In this document: piece after piece, positions 36,755 to 45,150 of the stretch | How positions within the stretch are numbered: the first letter of the stretch is position 1 | How the letters are laid out: every line of letters starts with the position of its first letter | Origin: Thermodesulfobacteriota bacterium | Lineage (GTDB): Bacteria; Desulfobacterota; Desulfobacteria; Desulfobacterales; SURF-7 | Length of the DNA stretch: 64,000 bases | Reading direction: 5' to 3' | Assembly: GCA_049320885.1 (NCBI GenBank) | Contig: JBMORA010000034.1 | Location: forward strand, 47,245-111,244 | The notes under the pieces: generated by a model | Told to the model about the DNA's origin: nothing | The model's input: the letters and a program-made list of their open reading frames with translations, nothing else | The model's database searches: none | Translations under genes and position numbers: made by a program

Positions 36755-39700
36755 ATGGCATTACGTATCAATACCAATATATCAGCAATGAACGCCCACA
36801 AGAACTTGATAAGCACCGATAACAAGTTGTCGGCCTCCATAGAGAGGCTGTCCACCGGTTTGCGGATCAACAAGGCGGCCGACGATGCGGCCGGCATGGG
36901 CATCGCCGATTCCCTCAAATCCCAGGCCCTGAGTCTGGGGCAGGCCATCCGGAACGGCAATGACGGTATCAGCATCGTGCAGACCGCCGACGCCGCCCTG
37001 CAGGAATCCATCAACATCGTCAACACCATTAAAACCAAGGCCATCCAGGCGGCCCAGGACGGCCAGACCACCGATTCCCGGAAAGCCATCCAGGCGGATA
37101 TCGACAAGCTCTTGGAAGAGCTCGATATGATCGCCGAGACCACATCCTTCAACAACCAGAAACTGCTCTTCGGCAATTTCACCAACAAAAAATTCCAGAT
37201 GGGCGCCTATTCCGGTGAAACCATCAGTATCTCCATCGCCTCGGCCCAATCCACCAAAATGGGCCATGTCACCACCGGCCGGCTGGGCATCACCGGCGAC
37301 CAGCCCGGCTCCGTTGAACTGGCCATCTACAGCAACCTGCAGAACCAGAGCTTCCTGGTGGAATCCGTCAATGTCCAGTACAACAACAGCGCGGAAAACA
37401 GCCTGGGCGCGGTGGCCTCAAACATCAACCGGCTGAGCGACTCCCTCGGTATTTCGGCAACGGCCGTGGTGGAGAGCAAGACCAGCCTCAACATCGCCGC
37501 GGGCACCACCGATGCGGACTTCGCCATCAATGGTATCACCATCGGTCAGTTGAATGTCGTGGCCAATGACGCCGACGGCGCCCTGGTCAAGGCCATCAAC
37601 CAGAAAACCTCCCAGCACGGCGTCATCGCCAGCGTGGACAGCGCCGGATACATGACCCTGACCTCCACGGACTCGCGGGCGCTTCAGGTATCCTATGGCA
37701 GCGCCATCGGCAGCGGCCTGGGCACCGACGCCATCCTGCGGGGCTCCGACATGTCCACCCTGGGCTATATCACCCTCAACCAGGAAGGCTCGGCGGAAAT
37801 CCAGGTCCTGGATGTGGGCGACGGCGGGGTCGTGGCCATCACCAGCGATCTCGAAACCGCGGGCACCACCACCACCACCCAGGCCTCCACCCTGGGAGCC
37901 GGATCCACCCTGGCCCAGAATTCCGTTCTGGGAGCCGGCTGGACCGCGGACCAGAACTTCGCCGGCACCCAGTTCGCCGCGCCCATCACCACCACCCTGT
38001 CTTCCACCCTGCTGAACGGTTCGAGCCTGGGACAGAACTCCATCCTGGGCGCCGGCACGGTCATCGGCGCCAATTCCACCTTCGGCGGCGTCGGCACGGT
38101 TGAGGAAGTGGCCAACACCACCGGCAACAGCACCATCGAGAGCGCCTCGACCCTTCAGGCCGGTTCGGTGCTGAGCCTGGCGACGACGGAGGACATCACG
38201 GCGGACATGACCATCGCCGCCTCCAACACCGCCACCGCCGCCAGCACCCTGACCTCCGGAGCCACCCTGGGCGCCGGCACGGTCCTGAACTCGGGCCAGA
38301 TCCTGTCCGGTGCCATGTCGGGCGTGGCTTTCACCATCCGGCAGACCGGCGAGGCCGCCGGGGCCACCTCCATCGCCAGCGGCTCCACCCTGGCCACGGG
38401 CACGGTCCTGAATTCCGGCCAGATCCTGTCCGGCGGCTTGTCCGGCGTGGCCTTCACCATCGGCCAGACCGGTACGGCCCTTAGCGCCACCACCATCGCC
38501 AGCGGCTCCACCCTGGCCACGGGTACGGTCCTGAATTCCGGCCAGATCCTGTCCGGCGGCTTGTCCGGCGTGGCCTTCACCGTGGCCGAAACCGGGACGG
38601 CCCTCAGCGCCACCACCCTGGCCAGCGGCTCGACATTGGCCGTGGGTACCGTCCTTGCAGCCGGTCAGGGCCTGCTCAACGTGGCCGACAGCGTTTCCAT
38701 CGACACCACCGTCACCACCCAGACCACCACCCTCTCCGGTGCCTCCACCAACAGCATCCTGGCCGTGGGCACGACCTTCGTGGCCGGCCACACCATGGGC
38801 TACAATGCCACCGTCAGCGACACCGCCGCGACCGTAGGCTCCAGCACCATTGCCGCCAACAGCACTTTGGCCAGCGGCACGGTCATCGGCTCCGGCACGA
38901 CCTTCACCCAGGATATCTACACCACCACCGGCGTGCTCACCGCCGGCACCGCGGTTTCCGGCACGGTCACCCTGTCCGGCGCCCAGGTCATCGCCGCGGG
39001 CACCACCCTGCAGGGCGGCAGCCGTTTCATCAACGGCACCGTGCTCGCAGCCGGTTCCTCGGTGGATACGGCCACCACCATCACCTCGGCCATCACCGTC
39101 ACCGGCGCCTACACCCTGGAGGCCGGCACGGTGCTCGGACGCAGTTCCAGCATCGGCTCCGGTTCCGTCCTCGGCGGAGACGCCACACTGCTGGCGGCGG
39201 AAACCACGGCCGCGAACGCAGCCTCGGTGCTGGTGGCCGGCCATAGTCTGGGCAGCGGCACGATCTTCAACACCAGCGACGCCGCCGACACCAACGTCCT
39301 GGGTCTGGATGCAGCCCTGGCCACCTCCGGTACCACCGGCGGTGCCGCCACGATCTTGACCGCGGGTCATTCCCTGGCCAGCGGCTCGATCTTCAACACC
39401 AGCAACGCCGCCGACACCAACGTCCTGGGCGTAGATGCGACCCTGGCCAACTCCGGCACCACCAGCGGCTCGGTCGCGGTGTTGACCGCGGGTCATTCCC
39501 TGGCCAGCGGCTCGATCTTCAACACCAGCAACGCTGCCGGCACCAACGTCCTGGGCGTGGATATCACCATCAATGCCGCCACCAACCTGAACGCCAACTC
39601 CAGCGGCGTGCTGGTCACCGGCCATTCCTTCGGCGCCGGCACGGTCCTGCAATCCGGCACCACCGTGGGCACGGCCATCACCCTGCAGAGCAGCGCCACC

Positions 39701-40642
39701 TTGAACGATGACATGATCCTGAGCACCGGCTCCACCATCGCGGCCAACAGCGTCCTGGAAACCGGGTCCGTCCTGTCCGACGACGCCACTCTGGCCGCCG
39801 GCATGACCCTGCTCAGCGACATGGATCTGAACGAGGATACGGTCCTGGCCGCGGGTTCCACCATCCAGAACAATGCCGGAACCGCCATCATGGACGGCTC
39901 CGTCATCGGCGGCGACGCCACCCTGGCGAGCACCATCACCCTGGTGGATTCCCTGGACCTGGCGGCCGGCTCCGTCATCGGCAGCGGTTCGGCCCTGGTG
40001 AACGGCTCCACCCTGGGAGGCGCGGTGACACTGGCCAACGATGAAACCGTCACCGGCAACGGCGGCATGAACCTGGCGGCCGGTTCTTCCCTGGCCGCGG
40101 GCAGCATCATCGCCAAGGGCACCTACCTGACCAACAACATCGTGGCTGCCGACGGCAATACCTACGCCACCGGCACGGTGCTCACGGCCAACATCACCAC
40201 GGCCGGCACCAACGCCATCGGCGTGGAAATGAGCCTGCAGGAAGGTTCGGTCCTGGCGGCGGGCAGCGTGCTGGGCGCCAACCTGAGCTCCGGCGCGGTC
40301 ACCACCGAGGTAACCGACACCGAGCTCAACCGGCTCTCCGATGTGAACGTGCTCACCCAGGAAGAAGCCCAGAAGACCATCGCGGTCGCCAGCGCGGCCC
40401 TGAAGGATCTGGACAAGATCCGGTCCGACCTTGGTTCCGTGCAGAACCAGCTGTCGGTCACCATCTCCAACATATCCACGACCCAGGTGAACATCTATTC
40501 CTCGGAATCCTCCATCCGCGATGTGGATTTCGCCGAGGAAGCCTCCAACTTCACCAAAATGCAGATTCTGGCCCAGACCGGCACCTTCGCCCTGTCCCAG
40601 GCCAATGCCAGCGCCCAGAACGTTCTGAGCCTGCTGCAGTAA
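36755..40642 (+). CDS. fliC: Giant flagellin (1295 aa)
   Basis: MALRINTN, GLRINKAADDAAG, RSDLGSVQNQL, IRDVDFAEE, NVLSLLQ; large T/G/A/S-rich central insertion. Confidence 0.96.
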   Translation: MALRINTNISAMNAHKNLISTDNKLSASIERLSTGLRINKAADDAAGMGIADSLKSQALSLGQAIRNGNDGISIVQTADAALQESINIVNTIKTKAIQAAQDGQTTDSRKAIQADIDKLLEELDMIAETTSFNNQKLLFGNFTNKKFQMGAYSGETISISIASAQSTKMGHVTTGRLGITGDQPGSVELAIYSNLQNQSFLVESVNVQYNNSAENSLGAVASNINRLSDSLGISATAVVESKTSLNIAAGTTDADFAINGITIGQLNVVANDADGALVKAINQKTSQHGVIASVDSAGYMTLTSTDSRALQVSYGSAIGSGLGTDAILRGSDMSTLGYITLNQEGSAEIQVLDVGDGGVVAITSDLETAGTTTTTQASTLGAGSTLAQNSVLGAGWTADQNFAGTQFAAPITTTLSSTLLNGSSLGQNSILGAGTVIGANSTFGGVGTVEEVANTTGNSTIESASTLQAGSVLSLATTEDITADMTIAASNTATAASTLTSGATLGAGTVLNSGQILSGAMSGVAFTIRQTGEAAGATSIASGSTLATGTVLNSGQILSGGLSGVAFTIGQTGTALSATTIASGSTLATGTVLNSGQILSGGLSGVAFTVAETGTALSATTLASGSTLAVGTVLAAGQGLLNVADSVSIDTTVTTQTTTLSGASTNSILAVGTTFVAGHTMGYNATVSDTAATVGSSTIAANSTLASGTVIGSGTTFTQDIYTTTGVLTAGTAVSGTVTLSGAQVIAAGTTLQGGSRFINGTVLAAGSSVDTATTITSAITVTGAYTLEAGTVLGRSSSIGSGSVLGGDATLLAAETTAANAASVLVAGHSLGSGTIFNTSDAADTNVLGLDAALATSGTTGGAATILTAGHSLASGSIFNTSNAADTNVLGVDATLANSGTTSGSVAVLTAGHSLASGSIFNTSNAAGTNVLGVDITINAATNLNANSSGVLVTGHSFGAGTVLQSGTTVGTAITLQSSATLNDDMILSTGSTIAANSVLETGSVLSDDATLAAGMTLLSDMDLNEDTVLAAGSTIQNNAGTAIMDGSVIGGDATLASTITLVDSLDLAAGSVIGSGSALVNGSTLGGAVTLANDETVTGNGGMNLAAGSSLAAGSIIAKGTYLTNNIVAADGNTYATGTVLTANITTAGTNAIGVEMSLQEGSVLAAGSVLGANLSSGAVTTEVTDTELNRLSDVNVLTQEEAQKTIAVASAALKDLDKIRSDLGSVQNQLSVTISNISTTQVNIYSSESSIRDVDFAEEASNFTKMQILAQTGTFALSQANASAQNVLSLLQ
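38270..38650 (+). repeat. Three tandem 123-bp (41-aa) repeats in the flagellin insertion
   Basis: GTVLNSGQILSG..SGVAFT recurs every 41 aa; DNA copies nearly identical. Confidence 0.85.
39235..39570 (+). repeat. Three tandem 126-bp (42-aa) repeats in the flagellin insertion
   Basis: AGHSL.SG.IFNTS.AA.TNVLG.D; His codons at 39242, 39368, 39494. Confidence 0.85.
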
Positions 40643-40690
40643 GCGGGGGCATGAGCGGCACCAGCCGCTCGGCACTCCTAACCTTGTAAC

Positions 40691-40730
40691 CATGAGACCC
40701 CGGGAGCTTTCCCGGGGTCTCATGATTTTC
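40691..40730 (+). terminator. Terminator downstream of the giant flagellin
   Basis: 15-bp stem CATGAGACCCCGGGA / TCCCGGGGTCTCATG, then ATTTT. Confidence 0.75.
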
Positions 40731-40793
40731 CGTCTGGATGCGGGGGTTCCAGACAACGGGTTCCCGGGCTGCCGCTTGGGAACGACGGAACCT

Positions 40794-40830
40794 CATCCAT
40801 TCGTCATTCGTAATTCCAGATTCGTAATTG
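40794..40830 (+). repeat. Degenerate heptamer array (ATTCGTA family) abutting the fliD promoter
   Basis: CATCC ATTCGTC ATTCGTA ATTCCAG ATTCGTA ATTG. Confidence 0.8.
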
Positions 40831-40835
40831 TTTTA

Positions 40836-40863
40836 TCAAGTTTTTCGTTCCATCTGCCGATGA
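40836..40863 (+). promoter_or_regulatory. Putative sigma28 promoter of the fliD operon
   Basis: TCAAGTTT...GCCGATGA (TCAA-N16). Confidence 0.75.
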
Positions 40864-41043
40864 TAGGAAGGAAGGAGCGGTATCGCGGCGGTTCCCGAAT
40901 GACCGCGCGGGTGGGGAATCTGTCGGAAACTGGCCTGTTTTTTGCAGTCCATGTTGTTGATACCCCAGGATTCGGATGATTGCATGACTGACCTCATGAG
41001 TCGCCGGCACCATTCACCAGCCTAAAACCAAAGGATCAATCCC

Positions 41044-42753
41044 ATGGCATCTCTCGGCACCGTCACCAGCCTGGGCGTGGGCTCGGGTTTCGAATTACAG
41101 AAAATGCTGGAAGAGTTCCGGGCCATCGATGAAATCCCCATCACCGGGATGAAGGATGAAATCACGGCCATCAAGGAGCGCCTGACCAAATACGATGAAA
41201 TCAAGGCCAAACTCCTGGAAATCAAAGCCCATGCCCTGACCCTTTCCCTGGAATCCAATTTCATCGAGCGCAATGTAGCGGTGTCGGACGAGGAGATTGT
41301 TTCCGCCACCGCCATCCAAGGCTCGACCCTGACGTCCACCACCCTGGAGGTGACGCGCCTGGCCAGCCGCAGCTCCTGGCAGACAGCCGGCGTGGCCACC
41401 GCCGACACATCGGTGTACATTCCCACGGTGCAGAATTCCACCCAGGGCTTCGACGATCCGGATCAAGCGGCGGCGGTCACGGAAAACGGGCTGCTTATCC
41501 TGACTTACGGCAGCGGCGAAACGCAAAAAACCATCGGTGTGGGCCTGACCGCCGGCATGACCCTGGATCAGATGGCCGCTGCCGTCAATACGGACAGCGA
41601 AAACAGCGACGGCGCCGGCGGAACGCTCCTGACCGCCGCCACTTTCCAGGGAGAAGACGGCCAATATTATCTGCGCCTCGCCGCCACCGCCGCCGGCAGC
41701 AGCGAGGCCAACCGGGTCGGCATTGCCGAGTCCCCGGAAGAATTTTCCTTTGAGGCTCCCAAGGTGGCCTTTTCCATCCAGGTGGGTTCCGCAGACCCCG
41801 TCATCATCGAGGTGGCCGCCGACACCACTTTCAATGAGCTGGCGGCTCAGATCAATGAAGACGGCAACAATCCCGGGGTCACCGCCGGCGTCATCAACGA
41901 CGGCACGGGCGCGACGCCTTACCGGCTGGTCATCACCGCCGGTGCCACCGGCGAGGACAGCCGCATCCAGATCAGCGGCATCCAAATGACCGAGGTGCAA
42001 GGCGCCGAAGGCGCCTCGCTGAACGCGGAAATCAGCCTGGATGGCATCCTCTACCAGCGCCAGAGCAATTCGGGCCTGACCGACATCATCCAGGGACTGA
42101 CCCTGGAACTGAAAAAGGAGGGCGAGGTCTCCATCAGCGTTTCCGCCAACCAGGAAACCATCCGGACGGAAATCATCGGTCTGGTTACGTCTTACAACGA
42201 ACTGGTCCAGGACATCAAGGCCTCCAGCGCCTATGATAAGGAAGAAGAAAAATGGGGGGTCCTGGCCGCCGCCTATTCCATCAAGGGCCTGCCCAATCAG
42301 CTGAACGGACTGATCGGCGCGGTGACCGGCTCCGTCGGCAGCGTCAACAGCCTGTACGACCTGGGCATGGGGATCAATCGGGACGGCACCATCAGCATCG
42401 ACGAGGAGGTTCTGGACAGTGCCTTGGCCGCTCATCCCGACGACGTGGCGGATTTCTTCCTGAGCGATCCGGAAACCGGCAAGACCGGCCTGGCCGACCT
42501 GCTGAACGAACACCTGCGCTCCCTGACCGGCAACCTGGGACTCATCGGGCAGGAAAAAACCTATGCCGAAGAATCCATCGACCGTCTGGAAAAGGACATC
42601 GAGGCCACCACCGCCCGGCTGGACGAGCGCTATGACGTACTGGCCCGTCAATTCGTGGAACTGGACAGATACGCCGCCTCGATGAAAAACCTTGGTGATT
42701 ATCTCACCAGCGCCTTCAATTCCATGCAGTCATCTGGAAATAATAACCCATAA
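41044..42753 (+). CDS. fliD: Flagellar filament cap protein
   Basis: SLGVGSG N-term, V.RLA, YRLVI....TG, SN.L.DII.G.TL.LK, C-terminal coiled coil ending ..RY..L..QF..LD. Confidence 0.93.
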   Translation: MASLGTVTSLGVGSGFELQKMLEEFRAIDEIPITGMKDEITAIKERLTKYDEIKAKLLEIKAHALTLSLESNFIERNVAVSDEEIVSATAIQGSTLTSTTLEVTRLASRSSWQTAGVATADTSVYIPTVQNSTQGFDDPDQAAAVTENGLLILTYGSGETQKTIGVGLTAGMTLDQMAAAVNTDSENSDGAGGTLLTAATFQGEDGQYYLRLAATAAGSSEANRVGIAESPEEFSFEAPKVAFSIQVGSADPVIIEVAADTTFNELAAQINEDGNNPGVTAGVINDGTGATPYRLVITAGATGEDSRIQISGIQMTEVQGAEGASLNAEISLDGILYQRQSNSGLTDIIQGLTLELKKEGEVSISVSANQETIRTEIIGLVTSYNELVQDIKASSAYDKEEEKWGVLAAAYSIKGLPNQLNGLIGAVTGSVGSVNSLYDLGMGINRDGTISIDEEVLDSALAAHPDDVADFFLSDPETGKTGLADLLNEHLRSLTGNLGLIGQEKTYAEESIDRLEKDIEATTARLDERYDVLARQFVELDRYAASMKNLGDYLTSAFNSMQSSGNNNP

Positions 42754-42764
42754 AGGAGGAAGCA

Positions 42765-43283
42765 ATGGCCGTACCCAATGGATATGCGACGTACCTCAAC
42801 ACCCACTTTGAAGGCATGGACCCCAAAAAACTGATCCTCATGCTGTATGACGGTGCCCTGAAAAATATCCGGTTCACCAGGGAGGCCATACAAAAGGGGA
42901 ATATCCCGAAACGGGGGGAGAGTCTCAGCAAGGTCATCGCCATTGTCACCGAACTGAACGCCAGCCTGGACAGTCGCTATCAGGACGAGCCCATCCGTTT
43001 CCTGCGGGGCCTGTACACCGCCATTCTGACGGAACTGCCCAAGGTTTCCATCACCAACGACATCTCCATTCTGGACCGCACGGAAGCGTATATCGAAGAG
43101 CTGAAAACCATCTGGACGGATACGGTCATGAAAACCAGGGCGCCGGATCAATCCACACCGGCGGTTTTCGAGGAAACAGGGCAAACCGATCACCAGTCCC
43201 GACCCCAGGCCGGCGGTTCGCGCATGAATCCCTATCGCAACCCGATGGCAGCCTGTTATGGGCAGCGATCGGTCTCCGCATAA
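42765..43283 (+). CDS. fliS: Flagellin export chaperone
   Basis: P.KLILMLYDGAL, KVIAIV.EL..SLD, L..LY, ELK..W. Confidence 0.9.
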   Translation: MAVPNGYATYLNTHFEGMDPKKLILMLYDGALKNIRFTREAIQKGNIPKRGESLSKVIAIVTELNASLDSRYQDEPIRFLRGLYTAILTELPKVSITNDISILDRTEAYIEELKTIWTDTVMKTRAPDQSTPAVFEETGQTDHQSRPQAGGSRMNPYRNPMAACYGQRSVSA

Positions 43284-43300
43284 GGAGAAAGCAACGGATT

Positions 43301-43711
43301 ATGAGCAGCCGACTGACCCCAGCCTTGCAGGATGCTTTTGATCGAATGGCGGCGATCCAGCACCGCCACCTGTCCGCGTTCAGCTCCCGCGACCCGTATG
43401 ACCGGGAATCCGATGCAGCGCAACAGAATTTTGAACGCTCCCGGGCCGTGGAAGAACTGAAACATCAACTCCAGGCTTTCCTGAGAAGCGGACTCCCGGC
43501 CGGAGAGGATCGCCGCGAGGCGCTCCGGCGCTGCCAAGAGGGAATCGCGGCCATCATCGCCGGAGAGGCGGCCTTGAAAGAAGGATTGACCGACCGCCGC
43601 CTCTGCCTTAAAAACGAAATGAAACGCCTGCTGAACGGCAGGCGAGCCCTTGGCGGATACGGTCAGGCCGTCCGGAACGACCGGCCTTTCCATGTCAGCG
43701 ACAAGGGCTGA
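43301..43711 (+). CDS. Helical hypothetical protein in the FliT position
   Basis: RBS AAGGAG; follows fliS; helical with C-terminal G.RAL.GY motif seen in FliT/FlgN-like chaperones. Confidence 0.6.
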   Translation: MSSRLTPALQDAFDRMAAIQHRHLSAFSSRDPYDRESDAAQQNFERSRAVEELKHQLQAFLRSGLPAGEDRREALRRCQEGIAAIIAGEAALKEGLTDRRLCLKNEMKRLLNGRRALGGYGQAVRNDRPFHVSDKG

Positions 43712-43737
43712 ACCATCTGTCATGCAGGAGGTATATC

Positions 43738-44100
43738 ATGGCCATTTATCCAACCGATGCCAACAATCTGAAAATTCAAACCGGTCAACAGATGCCGCCG
43801 GCATTCGAGACGGAGAGCTCCCACCGGCAAGCCAACGGGGGAGAAAAGACGAACCAGAACGGCAACGGGAAACTGTCCGCACAGGAAACCAGGGAAATGG
43901 TCGCATCCCTGACCGGGTACATGGAAATTCTTCAGACCAGCCTGAGCTTCAATGTCATGGAAGACAAAGGGCGGGTGGTCGTGACCATCACGAACAAGGA
44001 AACCGATGAGGTCATCCGCCAGATTCCTTCCGAGGAGCTGATCGCCCTCCAGGAAAAAATGAAGGAGCTGACGGGGATTATTTTTAACGAAATCGCATGA
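43738..44100 (+). CDS. flaG: FlaG family protein
   Basis: L.F......GRVVV...NKETDEVIRQIPSEE...G.IF. Confidence 0.9.
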   Translation: MAIYPTDANNLKIQTGQQMPPAFETESSHRQANGGEKTNQNGNGKLSAQETREMVASLTGYMEILQTSLSFNVMEDKGRVVVTITNKETDEVIRQIPSEELIALQEKMKELTGIIFNEIA

Positions 44101-44103
44101 CTG

Positions 44104-44214
44104 CAATTACGAATTGGGAATTACGAATTTTGATTTGAGATTCGAGATGGTCTGAGATTTGAGATGATCGGCGGGCTCTTGATCTGCAATTTCAAATCTC
44201 AAATTTGAAATCTC
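44104..44214. repeat. Composite heptamer arrays between convergent flaG and fliW
   Basis: AATTACG-type units, then TTTGAGA units, then inverted ATCTCAA/TTTGAAA units. Confidence 0.85.
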
Positions 44215-44216
44215 TC

Positions 44217-44681
44217 TCAGCCGGCGGCGGCGCGTTGCCGCGGCGGCTGGGGCTGTTCCATGACCGGATGCTGAATCGAATACCGGCTGTCATAGAGGAC
44301 GAGCTGGACGGCTTCCCGCCTGCCGGTGTTGATCACGATGGGTCCGATGAGGTTGGCGGTGATCCGATAGGGGCCGTTCTCATTGACCGTCAGCACCACG
44401 TAAACCGCCATATCCTCCGTTCGATCCCCTTCCCAGGACATTTCCTTGATAGCCGACTTCAGTTCCACACGGTAATCCGGTTTGAAAAGCAGCGGATTCA
44501 TCACCACCAGCGACAGGTTGGGATCGTCCGCCGACTGAAACCAGCAGAAGGGCCTGGTTTCCTCTCGTTCCAGCAGCACGAACCGCTTTCTGCCGGGGAA
44601 ACCCGCCAGCCCCGCCGGCATGGTCAACACCTTTTCGTCCGCCACCTCGATCTTGCCGAATCTTCGTGTCTGAATAATCAA
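44217..44681 (-). CDS. fliW: Flagellar assembly factor / CsrA antagonist
   Basis: I.T.RFG, GL.GF, F.WFQS.DDP.L, TANL.GPIVIN. Confidence 0.93.
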   Translation of the reverse strand: MIIQTRRFGKIEVADEKVLTMPAGLAGFPGRKRFVLLEREETRPFCWFQSADDPNLSLVVMNPLLFKPDYRVELKSAIKEMSWEGDRTEDMAVYVVLTVNENGPYRITANLIGPIVINTGRREAVQLVLYDSRYSIQHPVMEQPQPPRQRAAAG

Positions 44682-44685
44682 TCCC

Positions 44686-44928
44686 TCACTCCTTTCCGCC
44701 TGATTTCCGGAAGTGCTGAACCGCAGCCGCGATATCCGCCAAATCCCCCCGGGCCGCCTTCAGGTTTTCCTCCTGGATGCGCTCATACACCTCATGCCGA
44801 TGAATGGCCACCCGCTTGGGGGCCTCGACCCCCAGCCTGACATTGCCTTTGCTGATTTCCAGAATGCTGACGACGATGTCGTCGCCGATTTGAATGCGCT
44901 CCCCCACCTTGCGCGTAAGTACCAACAT
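44686..44928 (-). CDS. csrA: Carbon storage regulator
   Basis: [36 protein letters not shown]. Confidence 0.96.
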   Translation of the reverse strand: MLVLTRKVGERIQIGDDIVVSILEISKGNVRLGVEAPKRVAIHRHEVYERIQEENLKAARGDLADIAAAVQHFRKSGGKE

Positions 44929-44978
44929 ATGCCCTCCCTGGCTCCGGCCGTCGCATCTCCGGCGACGGGATGCTGAAG

Positions 44979-45093
44979 AATTTGAGATTTGAAATTTGAG
45001 ATTTGAAAGTCCACCCCCATCTCAAATCTGAAATCTCAAATCAAAATGATACCATCCACCATTCGTAATTCGTAATTCCTAATTCGTCATTGT
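44979..45093. repeat. Composite heptamer arrays between flgL and csrA
   Basis: TTTGAGA/TTTGAAA x4, inverted ATCTCAA-type x3-4, then CCATCCACC ATTCGTA-type x4. Confidence 0.88.
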
Positions 45094-45100
45094 CTTTATT

Positions 45101-45128
45101 ATATCGGTAGCCCCGCCCGTTTTCTCAA
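45101..45128 (-). promoter_or_regulatory. Possible sigma28 promoter for csrA-fliW
   Basis: Minus strand TTGA-N16-ACCGATAT; good -10, weak -35. Confidence 0.35.
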
Positions 45129-45150
45129 GCCTTTTTTCCCCTGCCCGGCA

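Noticed and set aside
37418..40756. 1112-aa antisense ORF over the flagellin
   Set aside because: Shadow frame of a GC-rich, codon-biased gene; no RBS or recognisable motifs.
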